Shown here: piece after piece, positions 44,172-54,257 of the stretch
Layout: every line of letters starts with the position of its first letter
How positions within the stretch are numbered: position 1 is the first letter of the stretch
NCBI GenBank assembly: GCA_963666975.2
Contig: CAXVYR010000004.1
Location: 1,472,001-1,536,000, forward strand
Source of the DNA: Terriglobia bacterium
GTDB lineage: Bacteria; Acidobacteriota; Terriglobia; 2-12-FULL-54-10
Length of the DNA stretch: 64,000 nt
Direction of reading: 5' to 3'
Translations under genes and position numbers: made by a program
Notes under the pieces: model-generated
Database searches by the model: none
Seen by the model: the letters and a program-made list of their open reading frames with translations, nothing else
Told to the model about the DNA's origin: nothing

Positions 44172-45248
44172 ATGCGGGGAAACGGCGCACAAAAGCAGGC
44201 CGGCGCGGCAGCTCGATTTTGGAGCAAGCTATGGAACAGCCCGCAGCCCACGCTCGGGGTGGAAATCTCCACTCAAGCCGTTAGCGTAGGACGCTGGTCT
44301 CACGGGTCGGCTCAAATCGAGACAAGCGCCTGGAAGCCGCTTTCTGCCGGGGCTGTGGAGGGCTCCCCTTTGCGGGAAAACATCCAGCGGCCGGAGGAGG
44401 TCCAGCAGGCTTTGGCCGCCGCTCTTTCTTCGCTGGGTATCCTCCCGAGCTCCCCCTCCCCGGCTCATTCTGCAAGGCGTCCGACCGACGTTGTTCTGGT
44501 GATCCCCGACCAGGCCGCCCGCCTGTTCGTTCTCCACTTCGACACCTTCCCGGAGAAACCGCAAGAGGCGCAAGCTTTGGTGAAGTGGCGGTTGAAAAAA
44601 TCCGTGCCGTTCGATATCGAATTGGCGGCCCTTTCCTACTATGTACGGCCAGCAGGAAATGAATTGCAGGTGGTCGCCGTCACGACGCCCCAATTCGTCC
44701 TCCAGCAATACGAAACCGTGGCCGAGAGTTTCGGTTTCCGTCCCCGATGGGTGACGCTTTCCACGCTGGCGTCGCTGGGGCTGGCCGAGGCTACAGACAT
44801 AGAAGACACGCCTCGCGGAGCAGCGCCCGCGGCTCCAGCGGAAGGATCGAACGGGCAAACTTCCGGCCTGCCGGGCGTTTTGGTTGCGAAGTACAGCCCT
44901 CCGGGTTTTACCACTGCCATCCTGCAAGGCAGCCATCTGCGGCTGTTTCGGACCGTGGGAGTGGATGCGAGCGAAGAGGGTTTGCTGTCACCGGCAGACG
45001 TTCTGGAGGTGCTCCATCCTTCCGTCGTTTATTTTCAAGATAACTTTGCGGGTCCCTTGCAGCGAGCCTGCCTGTGCGGCCTGGGAGAAAACAGCGCGGC
45101 GATTGCGGAGGCGCTGGAAGGCGAGATGCATTTGAAAACCGCCCCCCTTGTGCCGGAGCAGCACGGTTCTGCGGATACAGACCGCAATCGATGGGAACGG
45201 CATTTCGCAGCCCTGCTGGGCGTCGCCAGGGAGCAAGCAGGCCTATGA
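44172..45248 (+). CDS. PilM/GspL-like actin-fold assembly protein
   Basis: LGVEIS, WRLKKSVPFDIE; operon position. Confidence 0.75.
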   Translation: MRGNGAQKQAGAAARFWSKLWNSPQPTLGVEISTQAVSVGRWSHGSAQIETSAWKPLSAGAVEGSPLRENIQRPEEVQQALAAALSSLGILPSSPSPAHSARRPTDVVLVIPDQAARLFVLHFDTFPEKPQEAQALVKWRLKKSVPFDIELAALSYYVRPAGNELQVVAVTTPQFVLQQYETVAESFGFRPRWVTLSTLASLGLAEATDIEDTPRGAAPAAPAEGSNGQTSGLPGVLVAKYSPPGFTTAILQGSHLRLFRTVGVDASEEGLLSPADVLEVLHPSVVYFQDNFAGPLQRACLCGLGENSAAIAEALEGEMHLKTAPLVPEQHGSADTDRNRWERHFAALLGVAREQAGL

Positions 45249-45955
45249 GAATTCCCATCAATCTGGCTTCCCGGCCCTATGATAATCTGCGGCCTTTCTA
45301 CAATGCCGCCGCCCTGGCCGCGATTTTGCTGGTGGCGCTGGCCTCGGTGGTGGCCTGGAACGATTGGCAGAATCGCCGGGATACTCGTTTGCTGACCGAG
45401 CAGAGCAACCAGTTGGAAACAACGATGACGGAACTCAGCCGCGAACAACAGGAGATGGAGCAATGGCTGCGGAGACCCGAGGTGCAGGAGATACGAGACC
45501 GCTCTGCTTTCCTGAATTCGCTCATCGTTCGCAAGAGCCTTTCCTGGACCCAGATGTTCATGGACCTGGAAACCATTCTGCCCGCGCGCGCGCAGGTGAC
45601 CGCCATTCGGCCCCGCTTGAACCGGGACCAGCAGGTGGAGGTGAGCCTCTCGGTGGCGGCTGCCAGCATGGGCCCGCTGGTGGAGTTTCTCAAAAAACTG
45701 GAAGCGGCTCTGCAGTTCGGATCGCCGGTAGTGCATGCTCAGCGGCCACTCTCGACTGCGAGCGCAGAAGGCCAGATCACGCTCGAGTTGAGCGTCCTGT
45801 ACTACCAGGTCGCTTTAGACCAGGAGGTTGCTCCAGAACAAGAGGTCGCTTCCGATCCAGCTTCCTCACCGGCAGCAGCCATGACCTTGAGCCCTAAGAC
45901 GCCGGTAACGCTGGCGCATGCTTCTCCGGCACGCTTGCGAAAGGAGGAGAGATAG
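45245..45955 (+). CDS. PilN-like protein
   Basis: MRIPINLA motif, single TM, coiled coil, SWT.....LE..LP. Confidence 0.8.
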   Translation: MRIPINLASRPYDNLRPFYNAAALAAILLVALASVVAWNDWQNRRDTRLLTEQSNQLETTMTELSREQQEMEQWLRRPEVQEIRDRSAFLNSLIVRKSLSWTQMFMDLETILPARAQVTAIRPRLNRDQQVEVSLSVAAASMGPLVEFLKKLEAALQFGSPVVHAQRPLSTASAEGQITLELSVLYYQVALDQEVAPEQEVASDPASSPAAAMTLSPKTPVTLAHASPARLRKEER

Positions 45956-45958
45956 CCC

Positions 45959-46555
45959 ATGCGACTTGCCGGTTTGCTCCGTCCCGGCAACCCTGCCGCC
46001 TCCCCGGGCAGGAATGGGAAAAAGCCCGCCCGCGCGCGCATCCGGACGATTCTGGGCATCTTGGTAGCCGCCGACGCTTTGCTTCTGCTGTTAGTTTTTT
46101 GGCCCCCCGGACTTTCCCTCCAGGCGCGGCAACTCGAGTTGCAAAGGCTCCGCGCCGAGCACGAAGCCACACGAAGCGTGGTAATTCAAATGCGCGATCT
46201 GAAAGCAAAGCTGCAAGACGCCATCCAGGACCGGCAGCAGTTCTCCCAGCAGAACCTCTTGTTCCGGGAGGGCGCCTTCTCCGTGATGCTCGAGGATCTG
46301 GAGCGGCTCGCCACTCAAAACCGGCTGAAGACCGCAGGAGTCAACTATCAGTTGCAGGAAGAACGCGATCAGGATTTGGTCAAGGTGGAGGCCACCTTGA
46401 CCGTGGAGGGCGGATACTCCGACCTGGTGTACTTCATCAATCGCCTGGAACAGTCGCAGTTATTCTGGATTATCGACAGCTTGAACGTCTCAGGCGCCAT
46501 CAGCCGGGAGTTGCGCCTGAACTTGCGGATGGAAACATACTTCGTGCCCTCCTAG
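45959..46555 (+). CDS. PilO/GspM-like protein
   Basis: TM, coiled coil, VEGGYSDLVYFINRLE. Confidence 0.8.
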   Translation: MRLAGLLRPGNPAASPGRNGKKPARARIRTILGILVAADALLLLLVFWPPGLSLQARQLELQRLRAEHEATRSVVIQMRDLKAKLQDAIQDRQQFSQQNLLFREGAFSVMLEDLERLATQNRLKTAGVNYQLQEERDQDLVKVEATLTVEGGYSDLVYFINRLEQSQLFWIIDSLNVSGAISRELRLNLRMETYFVPS

Positions 46556-46567
46556 GGGCTGGAACTC

Positions 46568-47182
46568 ATGCAGATTGGCACACAAGAACGCAGGAAGCTG
46601 ATCGCACTGCTGGTGCTGGCGGCGATCTGCGCTCCGTTGATTTACAGAAATGTTCTCCTGCCGGAAGAGTCCCGCGTGCCTCCGGCCTTATCGGCGGAAA
46701 GCAGTGCGTCAGGTGATGCTGATTCCGGTTCTGCCTCTCGCCGAACCTCGTCCTCTTCCCGGGACGGGACTTTGGGCCAACAGCAACTGGCAGCGCTGGA
46801 CCCGACACTCCGCGTGGAACAGCTCGAGCGAAGCAAGCACGTGAAGTACGCCGGTGAGTCCCGCAATATATTCCAGTTTTATACGCCTCCCCCGCCGCCC
46901 GCACCGGCGACTGCCCCCGGGATCGAATCTCCCGTGCCTGATCGCCCTTCTTCCCCTGCTCCGCAGCCCATCAACCTGCCCTTGAAGTTCTACGGCGTAG
47001 CCAGCCGTCCGGGATCCTCTCATAAAAAAGCATTCTTGACCGACGGGGAGGAGATTTTCATCGGCGAAGAGGGGGACATGATCGCCAAGCGTTACAAGAT
47101 CATCCGCATTGGGGTAAACTCCATTGAGATGGAAGACAGCCGGGATAAACGGCGTCAACAGCTTCCGTTGATTGAAGAGTAG
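46568..47182 (+). CDS. PilP/GspC-like membrane-anchored protein
   Basis: TM, RNIF + poly-Pro, LKFYG...AFL..GEEIFI..EGD; position after pilO. Confidence 0.6.
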   Translation: MQIGTQERRKLIALLVLAAICAPLIYRNVLLPEESRVPPALSAESSASGDADSGSASRRTSSSSRDGTLGQQQLAALDPTLRVEQLERSKHVKYAGESRNIFQFYTPPPPPAPATAPGIESPVPDRPSSPAPQPINLPLKFYGVASRPGSSHKKAFLTDGEEIFIGEEGDMIAKRYKIIRIGVNSIEMEDSRDKRRQQLPLIEE

Positions 47183-47258
47183 ATGATCCTGAAAAAGAGG
47201 TCTTTTGCGACTGGTTCGCGTGCTATCTTAGCGTTGAAATGGCAAGGGGAATTCGCGG

Positions 47259-47483
47259 ATGCAAAAAAGCAGTTATACCGCCGTATTGGAAAAAGAAGGT
47301 GAACTATACGTTGCTCTCTGCCCTGAACTGGACGTGGCCAGTCAGGGAGCAACGGTGGAGCAGGCTATTGCCAATCTGAAGGAAGCGGTGGAACTGTTCC
47401 TGGAGTGCGCTGACCCGGATGAAATCAAACAGCGTCTGCACAGTGAAATACTTGTGACGCGATTTGAAGCAGTGCATGGGTAA
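47259..47483 (+). CDS. hicB: HicB-family antitoxin (short, no DNA-binding domain)
   Basis: YVALCPELDVASQGATVEQAIANLKEAVELFLE. Confidence 0.88.
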   Translation: MQKSSYTAVLEKEGELYVALCPELDVASQGATVEQAIANLKEAVELFLECADPDEIKQRLHSEILVTRFEAVHG

Positions 47484-47697
47484 GCTTCGAGTTCTTTCAG
47501 GCCGAGAGGTTTGCCAAGTTCTTGAAAGATACGGCTTCGCTGAAGTGCGGCGGCGAGGAAGTCATCTTATCATGCAGTGCAAACGCGAAGGGACCACTGT
47601 GACAGTTCCTGTCCCCAACCATGCCGAAATCAAAACAGGAACTCTTCTTTCAATCATTCGACAAAGTGGGGTTTCTCGGCAGGAATTCGAAAGATGA
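47476..47697 (+). CDS. hicA: HicA-family mRNA interferase toxin
   Basis: GF.EVRRRGSH...VPVPNH.EIKTGTLLSIIRQSG. Confidence 0.9.
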   Translation: MGKLRVLSGREVCQVLERYGFAEVRRRGSHLIMQCKREGTTVTVPVPNHAEIKTGTLLSIIRQSGVSRQEFER

Positions 47698-48680
47698 TGG
47701 CAAATAGACACCAAGCGCGCACAGGGAAGACCGAAACACCCGCGCGGAAAAGAGAAAAGGGCTACGTGCTGCTGGTCTTCATCCTGTTCTCCGCCCTGCT
47801 GGTGGTGGGACTTTCCGCCATCATTCCGCAGGTGGCTTTTGAAGGGCAGCGAGTAAAAGAAGAAGAGTTGCTCTTTCGCGGCCAGCAATACCAGCGGGCC
47901 ATCCAGCTTTTTTTTCGCAAGTTTGGCCGCTACCCCAACTCTCTGGAAGAGCTGGAGAAAACCAACGGCATCCGCTTCCTCCGCAAGGCGTACCTCGACC
48001 CCATGACAAAAGAAAACGACTGGCGGCTGATTCACATCGGGCCGGGCGGCGTCTTTCCGGATGCGAAGAACCCTCCCCAGCCTCCGGCCAACCTGGGCGC
48101 TCTGGCTCCTTCCCAGCAGGGCGGCACGGGTTTGGAAGCTTCGCCGGGAATGTTTCGTTCCACCGGGCAGTCCCAATCCGGTGCGCCCGCCCTAAACCCC
48201 TCGGCAAATCCCAGCGCCAATCCTTTGCAGCAACCGAGGGCATCTGCGCTTGGAGTATCACAGGGCAAGCCTCCGGTGTCGCCCGCCACTTCCGGAGCTT
48301 TCAACGCTTCCGCACAAAGGTCCGGCGCACAGGTGTTCGGAGGCGGAGGCATTGCCGGCGTGGCCAGCCAGAGCACGGAAGGGTCCATCAAAGTCTTCAA
48401 CGGCTACAGCCAGCATGACGATTGGGAATTTATTTACAATTTTCGCTGGGACCCGATCGGCGTGGCGGCCCTTGCAAAAATTACAGGGGCACAAAACCAG
48501 CCTGCAGCTGCAACCCAACCTCCCGCGCAGCAGCAGCAACGCCAAACGCCTGCCGGGGTCCGCACGCCCCAGGTGCCGCAGTGGCTCGGCGCGCCCCCTC
48601 GCGATGCGCGGCGTCCTACCTCTCCGATTTTCCCGCGTCCGCCGTTTCCGGGATTGCCCTCCACTCAGCAGCAAAGATAA
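47694..48680 (+). CDS. Pseudopilin-like type II secretion protein with Pro/Gln-rich regions
   Basis: KG|YVLL prepilin-like site, hydrophobic helix, EEELLFRGQQYQRAI...YPNSLEEL...FLRKAYLDPMT. Confidence 0.75.
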   Translation: MMANRHQARTGKTETPARKREKGYVLLVFILFSALLVVGLSAIIPQVAFEGQRVKEEELLFRGQQYQRAIQLFFRKFGRYPNSLEELEKTNGIRFLRKAYLDPMTKENDWRLIHIGPGGVFPDAKNPPQPPANLGALAPSQQGGTGLEASPGMFRSTGQSQSGAPALNPSANPSANPLQQPRASALGVSQGKPPVSPATSGAFNASAQRSGAQVFGGGGIAGVASQSTEGSIKVFNGYSQHDDWEFIYNFRWDPIGVAALAKITGAQNQPAAATQPPAQQQQRQTPAGVRTPQVPQWLGAPPRDARRPTSPIFPRPPFPGLPSTQQQR

Positions 48681-48771
48681 AAAGATCAGTTCGCCGCAGA
48701 ATCCTTGGTCAGAATTAACGAGGCAGATGATTGCGAAGCGGGAGTGTCGGGCAGAATAACGTCAAAACAAG

Positions 48772-49671
48772 CTAGAGAACATACTGCTCGATGGCATAAG
48801 CGACGCCGCCCGAGTCGCAGTCGAGCGTGGCGGCCCAACCCTGCTGCTTTACCTCTTCCTTTAATGCCTCATCGGCGTTGCCCATGACCACGGGAAGCCC
48901 GGCAAACCGCAGCATCTCCAAGTCGTTGTAGTTGTCGCCAATCGCCATGATCTCGGAGGCGGCAATGCCTCGCATCCGGCTCCAATATCCCAGCGCGTTT
49001 CCCTTGGAAGCGCCCGCGCGGATCACATCCAGGATGCTCATATCTCTCTTCGGATATTCGGTGCGCAACAACTGAAAGCGGTCTTGCGACGGCTGGATGT
49101 TTTCCGAACCGTCTCCCAGGCGAGCTTGAACTTCGCGCATGACGGCGAGGGGCCCGGTGAACATAATTTCCAAAGGGTCGCCGTCCAAGGCATCTTCCAA
49201 AGAAACGGCATACTGCACGCGCTCCCGGTTCCGCTCCAGCCACAGCGTGGCGGCCACGCCGTCGGCAGGCCCCGCCGCTCGTCCGGCAGCGGAGGCGCCA
49301 TCTGCCGGTGTTTCAATTCTCAACTGGCCCGGCCCCGGCTGGTCATACATAAGAACCGTATAGGGACGAAACTCGCGCGTGGCCTCCAGTACACTCGCCG
49401 CAACCTCTGACGGCAGCAGATGCCGCAGGAAAGTCTCGCCTTCCTTCGAGCGGATGACCGCGCCGTTGCTGGCGATCAGCGGAACGTCAAAGGGAAGCAG
49501 CTCCACCTTGGAGAGGGCAAAGTAGAAGTTCCGCCCGGTGACCGGCACAATCTCTACACCGCGATGGACAGCGGCCTGGAGCGCCTCGGAATCCCGCTTG
49601 GAGATACGTTTTTGGGAGTTGAGCAGCGTTCCATCGAGGTCGATGGCGATCATCCGGATGCGGGACTTCAT
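48772..49671 (-). CDS. Cof-type HAD-IIB hydrolase
   Basis: DLDGTLL, VTGR, SNGA, SKG, AIGDNYNDLEM. Confidence 0.93.
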   Translation of the reverse strand: MKSRIRMIAIDLDGTLLNSQKRISKRDSEALQAAVHRGVEIVPVTGRNFYFALSKVELLPFDVPLIASNGAVIRSKEGETFLRHLLPSEVAASVLEATREFRPYTVLMYDQPGPGQLRIETPADGASAAGRAAGPADGVAATLWLERNRERVQYAVSLEDALDGDPLEIMFTGPLAVMREVQARLGDGSENIQPSQDRFQLLRTEYPKRDMSILDVIRAGASKGNALGYWSRMRGIAASEIMAIGDNYNDLEMLRFAGLPVVMGNADEALKEEVKQQGWAATLDCDSGGVAYAIEQYVL

Positions 49672-49724
49672 TACTTAAAAAGGGTATCACAAAGCGGACG
49701 AGGGGACGGACGACGCCGCCAAAA

Positions 49725-50204
49725 TCAGGGGGTGCGGGTTGCTCCCGTAACCTTTCGCCACCACCGTTTCGGTGTCATCCTGTGCGGTTTGAGCAGAGTT
49801 AAAAGCCTTGATCCAGGGTTGTTGTTAACGTAGTAGCCTTTGCTGGTCCATGAGTTGGTTGTAGTCCATCCCATCGTCATAGCCACTTCGAAAGCCTCTC
49901 GGTAGGTCAATGCGAATGTAACCGTGCTAGCGGCACGTTCCAGATTCCAGACATAAGCCAGAATTAAGTCTGGAAATTTCGCATACTTCCGGTCGAGAGA
50001 AAAGGACCGTTGCGACGCCGCCTTCATCTGAATCGGCTTGGCGATGAAGGATGGAACTTTCGATTCGAGATCAGCATAAGCAATCAGATCAATTCCTCGG
50101 TCGCGAATCGGCAGTGCGACTTCCAGACCGCTTCGTAGAAGTTCATCTATAAGTCGGTTTCTTCCGAGCAGCTCAACGACTTGGGAATCCATCGGTGTCC
50201 TCAT
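49725..50204 (-). CDS. PD-(D/E)XK-like nuclease-fold hypothetical protein
   Basis: E..G helix, DRGIDLIA and PIQMK motif. Confidence 0.55.
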   Translation of the reverse strand: MRTPMDSQVVELLGRNRLIDELLRSGLEVALPIRDRGIDLIAYADLESKVPSFIAKPIQMKAASQRSFSLDRKYAKFPDLILAYVWNLERAASTVTFALTYREAFEVAMTMGWTTTNSWTSKGYYVNNNPGSRLLTLLKPHRMTPKRWWRKVTGATRTP

Positions 50205-50239
50205 GATGCCTTTATAAACTCGATAGTTTGAATTTACTA

Positions 50240-50428
50240 CCGCTTGCCGAAGGGAGCGCTTTCTCTCGCTGTGGGCTTGTTTTGCGAACGAAGCAGAGCC
50301 GCGACCGCAAGGGAGCGGACAAAGAAGCTTTCTGACATCCCGCTAGCGTTTATGACCGCTTGCTGATCCCTCGGCTTCGCTCCCTTCGGCTATGCTCAGG
50401 GCAGGCGGGACAGGCGCGCGCGGCTCGG
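50240..50428. repeat. REP-like palindromic elements, apparently nested
   Basis: GAGCCGCGACCGCAAGGGAGCGG pairs with CCGCTTGC...GCGCGCGGCTC, and the second arm is interrupted by CCCTTCGGCTATGCTCAGGGCAGG. Confidence 0.5.
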
Positions 50429-50493
50429 ATTGGATTTACGATCCCACGGCAAATTGGAACTGCCAATTTTACACATGATACATGCGGGTCCTT

Positions 50494-51357
50494 TCAGGAT
50501 TTTGCGGTCTTTTGATATTCGAAGAACCCGCGGCCCGTCTTGCGGCCCAGCCGGTTTTCGGCGACCATCTGGCGAAGAATCGGGCCGGGCTCAAACCGCT
50601 CTCCCAACTCTTCGGTCAGCGACTCCATGATGCGAAGCTCCGTATCCAAACCGATCAAGTCCGCCAGTTGAAACGGTCCCATGGGAAAGTTGTAGGCTAG
50701 GCGAATCCCCGAATCGATATCCTCCACCGTGCCCACCCCTTCTTCCAGGCAACGCAGCGCCTCGCAGAGGTATGCCTGCCCAATCCGTGTGGTGATAAAC
50801 CCGGGCCGGTCGAGGGACACAATCGCTTCTTTGCCCAAACCCTCACAGAAGCGGCGCGCGAAAGAAACAGTCTCTTCCGAAGTTTTCTCGCCGCGCACCA
50901 ACTCCACCAGCTTCATGACCGGGACCGGATTGAAAAAGTGCGTTCCCACCACCCGCGCCGGATGCCGGGTGACGCTGGCAATCTGCGTAATGGAGATGCC
51001 GGAGGTATTGCTCGCCAGGATCGTCCCGGCCGGGCAGATTTTGTCCAGTTTCACAAAGACTTCTTGCTTTACTTTCAAATTTTCGAAAACGGCTTCCACC
51101 ACGATCTCTGCCTCGCCGAGAACGGTGATGTCGGTGGTGTAGCGAAACCGCTTCCGTATTGCGGATGCCTGCTGCTCGGAAACAAGCCCGCGCTTCATGC
51201 CGTTTCCGATCAGTTTGTCGATCCTCGCCCGGCATCCCTCCAGCAGTTGCTCATTCAGTTCAGCGATGGTGACCGGCGCATCGGATTGGAGAGCCACCGT
51301 ATAGGCGATCCCCGCTCCCATGATCCCGCCTCCAACAATACCCACGCTTCTCACCAT
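50494..51357 (-). CDS. 3-hydroxyacyl/3-hydroxybutyryl-CoA dehydrogenase
   Basis: GGGIMGAGIA, VEAVFE, ASNTS, GTHFFNPVPVMKLVE, PMGPF.LADLIGLD, LGRKTGRGF. Confidence 0.93.
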   Translation of the reverse strand: MVRSVGIVGGGIMGAGIAYTVALQSDAPVTIAELNEQLLEGCRARIDKLIGNGMKRGLVSEQQASAIRKRFRYTTDITVLGEAEIVVEAVFENLKVKQEVFVKLDKICPAGTILASNTSGISITQIASVTRHPARVVGTHFFNPVPVMKLVELVRGEKTSEETVSFARRFCEGLGKEAIVSLDRPGFITTRIGQAYLCEALRCLEEGVGTVEDIDSGIRLAYNFPMGPFQLADLIGLDTELRIMESLTEELGERFEPGPILRQMVAENRLGRKTGRGFFEYQKTAKS

Positions 51358-51640
51358 ATCTTTTACCCTCCCTGATGCCCCCTCTGAAAATTGTATGCCT
51401 ATACAAACGATTCGTGCCACCCACTGCCGGTGGCGGGCCGGTTGTTACAGGATGTCAGCAACTTTCGGCGATGGCGTCTCTGGTGAACGCATGCTTGACC
51501 TCGTATGCATCTGTTCGAGCCAGCGCTGATGATCACTCACCGCCGATCCAAGTGGGTGACAGTACGCATTTCGATACTACGCATTGCGGATTATCTAGAC
51601 CTGTTTCGCAGTTCGTGTATCCCCTATTGCGCTCTTGCCA

Positions 51641-52455
51641 GGGCGTGTTAACACTAATTGGGATTTTGTGGTATGCTTCGGTTCATGGAAATCACCGAGG
51701 CACAGTATCTTCGTATCGAGCCCAGCCTTCCGCGCCAACGAGGCCATGTCAGCCTTTCCAACCTGCAGGTGCTCAACGCGTTGTTGTACGTGACCGAGCA
51801 GGGGTGCAAGTGGCGCGGACTGCCGAAGCGTTTTGGCAACTGGCACACCATCTACACTCGTCTGAATCGCTGGTCCAAGGCCGGCGTGTTGGATCGCGTC
51901 TTGGAGCAGTTGCAGCGGGAGCAGATCGTGCGCATTAAGATCGAGGCCGTAAAACTGGACTCGACCACCGTCAAGGTGCATCCGGACGGCACCGGCGCAT
52001 CAAAAAAAACGGACCTCAGGCCATCGAAAAATCCCGTGGCGGATGGACCACCAAGATTCATATGGTTGCCACGGATGCTCGAACGGCCATAACCTTTGCT
52101 CTCTCGCCGGGCCAAGCCTCCGACGCAGTCCAAGGCCGCGAACTTCTGGGCGGCATCGGGCCGTTGCCCGCACCGTTGCATCTCATCATGGACCGCGCCT
52201 ACGAGGACAACAAGACTCTCCAACTGGCTCTGGATTTTGGCTTCATCCCGGTGGTTCCGCCCAGAAGCAATCGCCTGCAACCCTGGCAGTACGATAAAGC
52301 CATGTACCGCAAGCGCAATGAGATCGAGAGGCTTTTCCGCAGACTCAAAGGCTTCCGCCGCATCTTCTCGCGCTTCGATAAACTCGACGTCGTCTTTCTG
52401 GCTTTCCTCAACTTCGCTCTGATCGTCGAGGCCCTCCAATAGTGTTAACACGCCC
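51641..52455 (+). mobile_element. IS5 family (IS427-like) element; two ORFs joined by an A-run frameshift near 52002
   Basis: Perfect IRs GGGCGTGTTAACACTA / TAGTGTTAACACGCCC; GCKWRGLP..FGNW.TIY.R, LDST, MDRAY, RNEIERLF. Confidence 0.93.
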
Positions 52456-53438
52456 TAGTCGGGCAGGGCCGGCGCTACGCGGAGGTGTTCCAGGCGGCGG
52501 AAGTAACTTTGCGCCCGCTGAATGTCGCGTTGGATTTGGGATTTGAGTTCGGCTGCGGAGGCGAACCTGCGCTCCTCGCGCAAGCGGTGGAGGAAACTTA
52601 ATTCCAGCGATGACGGTGGCGGGCCCTCCCATGGCTCCAGCAGGTGAGTCTCCACCCCAAGTTCGCGTTCTCCGAAGGTGGGCCGGTATCCCACGTTGGT
52701 GACGGAGCGGAGCGCGGGCGCTTCCACCCCGGCCCCATCCGTTTCTGCAAGCCGTGCCCGCGTCACATAGACACCCACGGCAGGGAGTATCCCGTCGTAA
52801 GGGGCCAGGTTCAATGTGGGCACCGTCTGGTTGCGGCCGATGCCGAGGCCTGCCTGGACGGAGTTCCGGATGCTGAAGGCACGGCCCAGCAGGCGGTTCG
52901 TCATGCTCATCTGTCCATTCTGGAGCAGGCAGCGGATCTGGGAGCTGCTGACGGTCGCCGTCCGAAAACGGACATGGGGGAGAACTTCCGTCTGAAAGTT
53001 CCACCGGAGGCCCATCTGCTTCATCGTTTCCGGATTCCCCGCCTGGTGGTGGCCGAAGCGGAAATTCTCGCCGACCCATACCGACTCGCTTTGCAGGGCT
53101 TTCACCAAGACCTCTTCCACGAACCGTTCGGGCGACCAGCGGGAAAACTCTTCCGTGAATGGCAGCACCAGAAGACGGTCGATTCCGCTCTTCCCCAGCA
53201 ACTCCAGCTTTACAGGGAGAGGCGTGAGCAGACGGGGAGCTTTCTGCGGCGCCAGAACCTGGGCGGGATGAGGATCAAAGGTGATGGCAATGGAGGAGGC
53301 GTTGCGTTCTCTGGCGCGCTGGCGCACCCTGCGCAACAACTCTTGGTGCGCCAAGTGCAGGCCGTCAAAGTTGCCGACGGTCACGACAGCGCGGCGGTCC
53401 TTTTCCGCGCCTGCTTTCCAGGAATGAAAAATTTCCAT
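52455..53438 (-). CDS. ribF: Bifunctional riboflavin kinase / FAD synthetase
   Basis: GNFDGLHLAH, VGENFRFG, VSSSQIR, PTLNL, NVGYRPTF, LREERRF. Confidence 0.95.
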   Translation of the reverse strand: MEIFHSWKAGAEKDRRAVVTVGNFDGLHLAHQELLRRVRQRARERNASSIAITFDPHPAQVLAPQKAPRLLTPLPVKLELLGKSGIDRLLVLPFTEEFSRWSPERFVEEVLVKALQSESVWVGENFRFGHHQAGNPETMKQMGLRWNFQTEVLPHVRFRTATVSSSQIRCLLQNGQMSMTNRLLGRAFSIRNSVQAGLGIGRNQTVPTLNLAPYDGILPAVGVYVTRARLAETDGAGVEAPALRSVTNVGYRPTFGERELGVETHLLEPWEGPPPSSLELSFLHRLREERRFASAAELKSQIQRDIQRAQSYFRRLEHLRVAPALPD

Positions 53439-53443
53439 GGCCG

Positions 53444-54256
53444 TTATCGGGTCCTTTTCCGAACCGCTGACGAGCCCGGCACGGGGGCCGTTTCAAACTC
53501 CACCTGCATCTCGTCGTAGCACAGCCGCACATGGGGCGGAAGGCTGGCGTTGGTTTCTTCGTGGCCCAGGTCGTGCGCAATATGAGTGAAGAATGCCTGC
53601 CGCGGCTGGATTCCCTCCACCTGCCGCAAGGCCTGCTCCACCGTCAGGTGCGCGGGATGCGGCTCGTGCCGCAGCGCGTCCATAATCACGACGTCCAGCC
53701 CTCGCAGCAGATCCAGTGAGGATTCCGGGAGCTGGTTGAAGTCGGTCAGATAAGCCACCGGCCCGATGCGGAAGCCCAGCACTTCCAGGTGCCCGTGAAT
53801 CACCGGGATGGGAATGATCTCCAATCCAAACAAATTCAGCGGACCGGTGATTACGTGGTCCTCCAGAAGCGCCACCCCGCCGTAGGGGTAGTTGCCGTCG
53901 AAAATGTATTGGAAGACGCGGCGTATCCCGGCGATGGCCGGCCGGTTGCCGTAAATCGGGATGACCACACCCTGCTGCAGGGTAAAGGCGCGCGTGTCGT
54001 CCAGCCCCAGGATGTGGTCCGCATGCGCGTGCGTGTAGAGAACTGCGTCCAGCCGGTCGAGGTTGGCGCGGAGGGCCTGCGTGCGAAAGTCCGGCCCGGT
54101 GTCGATGATGACGGTGCGGTTGTTGTACCGCAGAAGAATGGAGGGCCGGGTGCGTTTATCGCGAGGATCCGAGGAAAGGCAAACAGGGCAGCGGCAACCG
54201 ATGGTGGGCACCCCGAGCGAGGTTCCCGATCCGAGCACTGTCAACTCCACGCGCAT
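53444..54256 (-). CDS. MBL-fold metallo-hydrolase (PhnP-like)
   Basis: LGSGTS.GVP..GC.C.VC, IDTGPD, THAHADH, THIAH. Confidence 0.92.
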   Translation of the reverse strand: MRVELTVLGSGTSLGVPTIGCRCPVCLSSDPRDKRTRPSILLRYNNRTVIIDTGPDFRTQALRANLDRLDAVLYTHAHADHILGLDDTRAFTLQQGVVIPIYGNRPAIAGIRRVFQYIFDGNYPYGGVALLEDHVITGPLNLFGLEIIPIPVIHGHLEVLGFRIGPVAYLTDFNQLPESSLDLLRGLDVVIMDALRHEPHPAHLTVEQALRQVEGIQPRQAFFTHIAHDLGHEETNASLPPHVRLCYDEMQVEFETAPVPGSSAVRKRTR

Positions 54257-54257
54257 T

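Noticed and set aside
51420-51640. Possible ncRNA or gene remnant between the hydroxyacyl-CoA dehydrogenase gene and IS5
   Set aside because: No recognisable motif, convincing ORF or stable structure.
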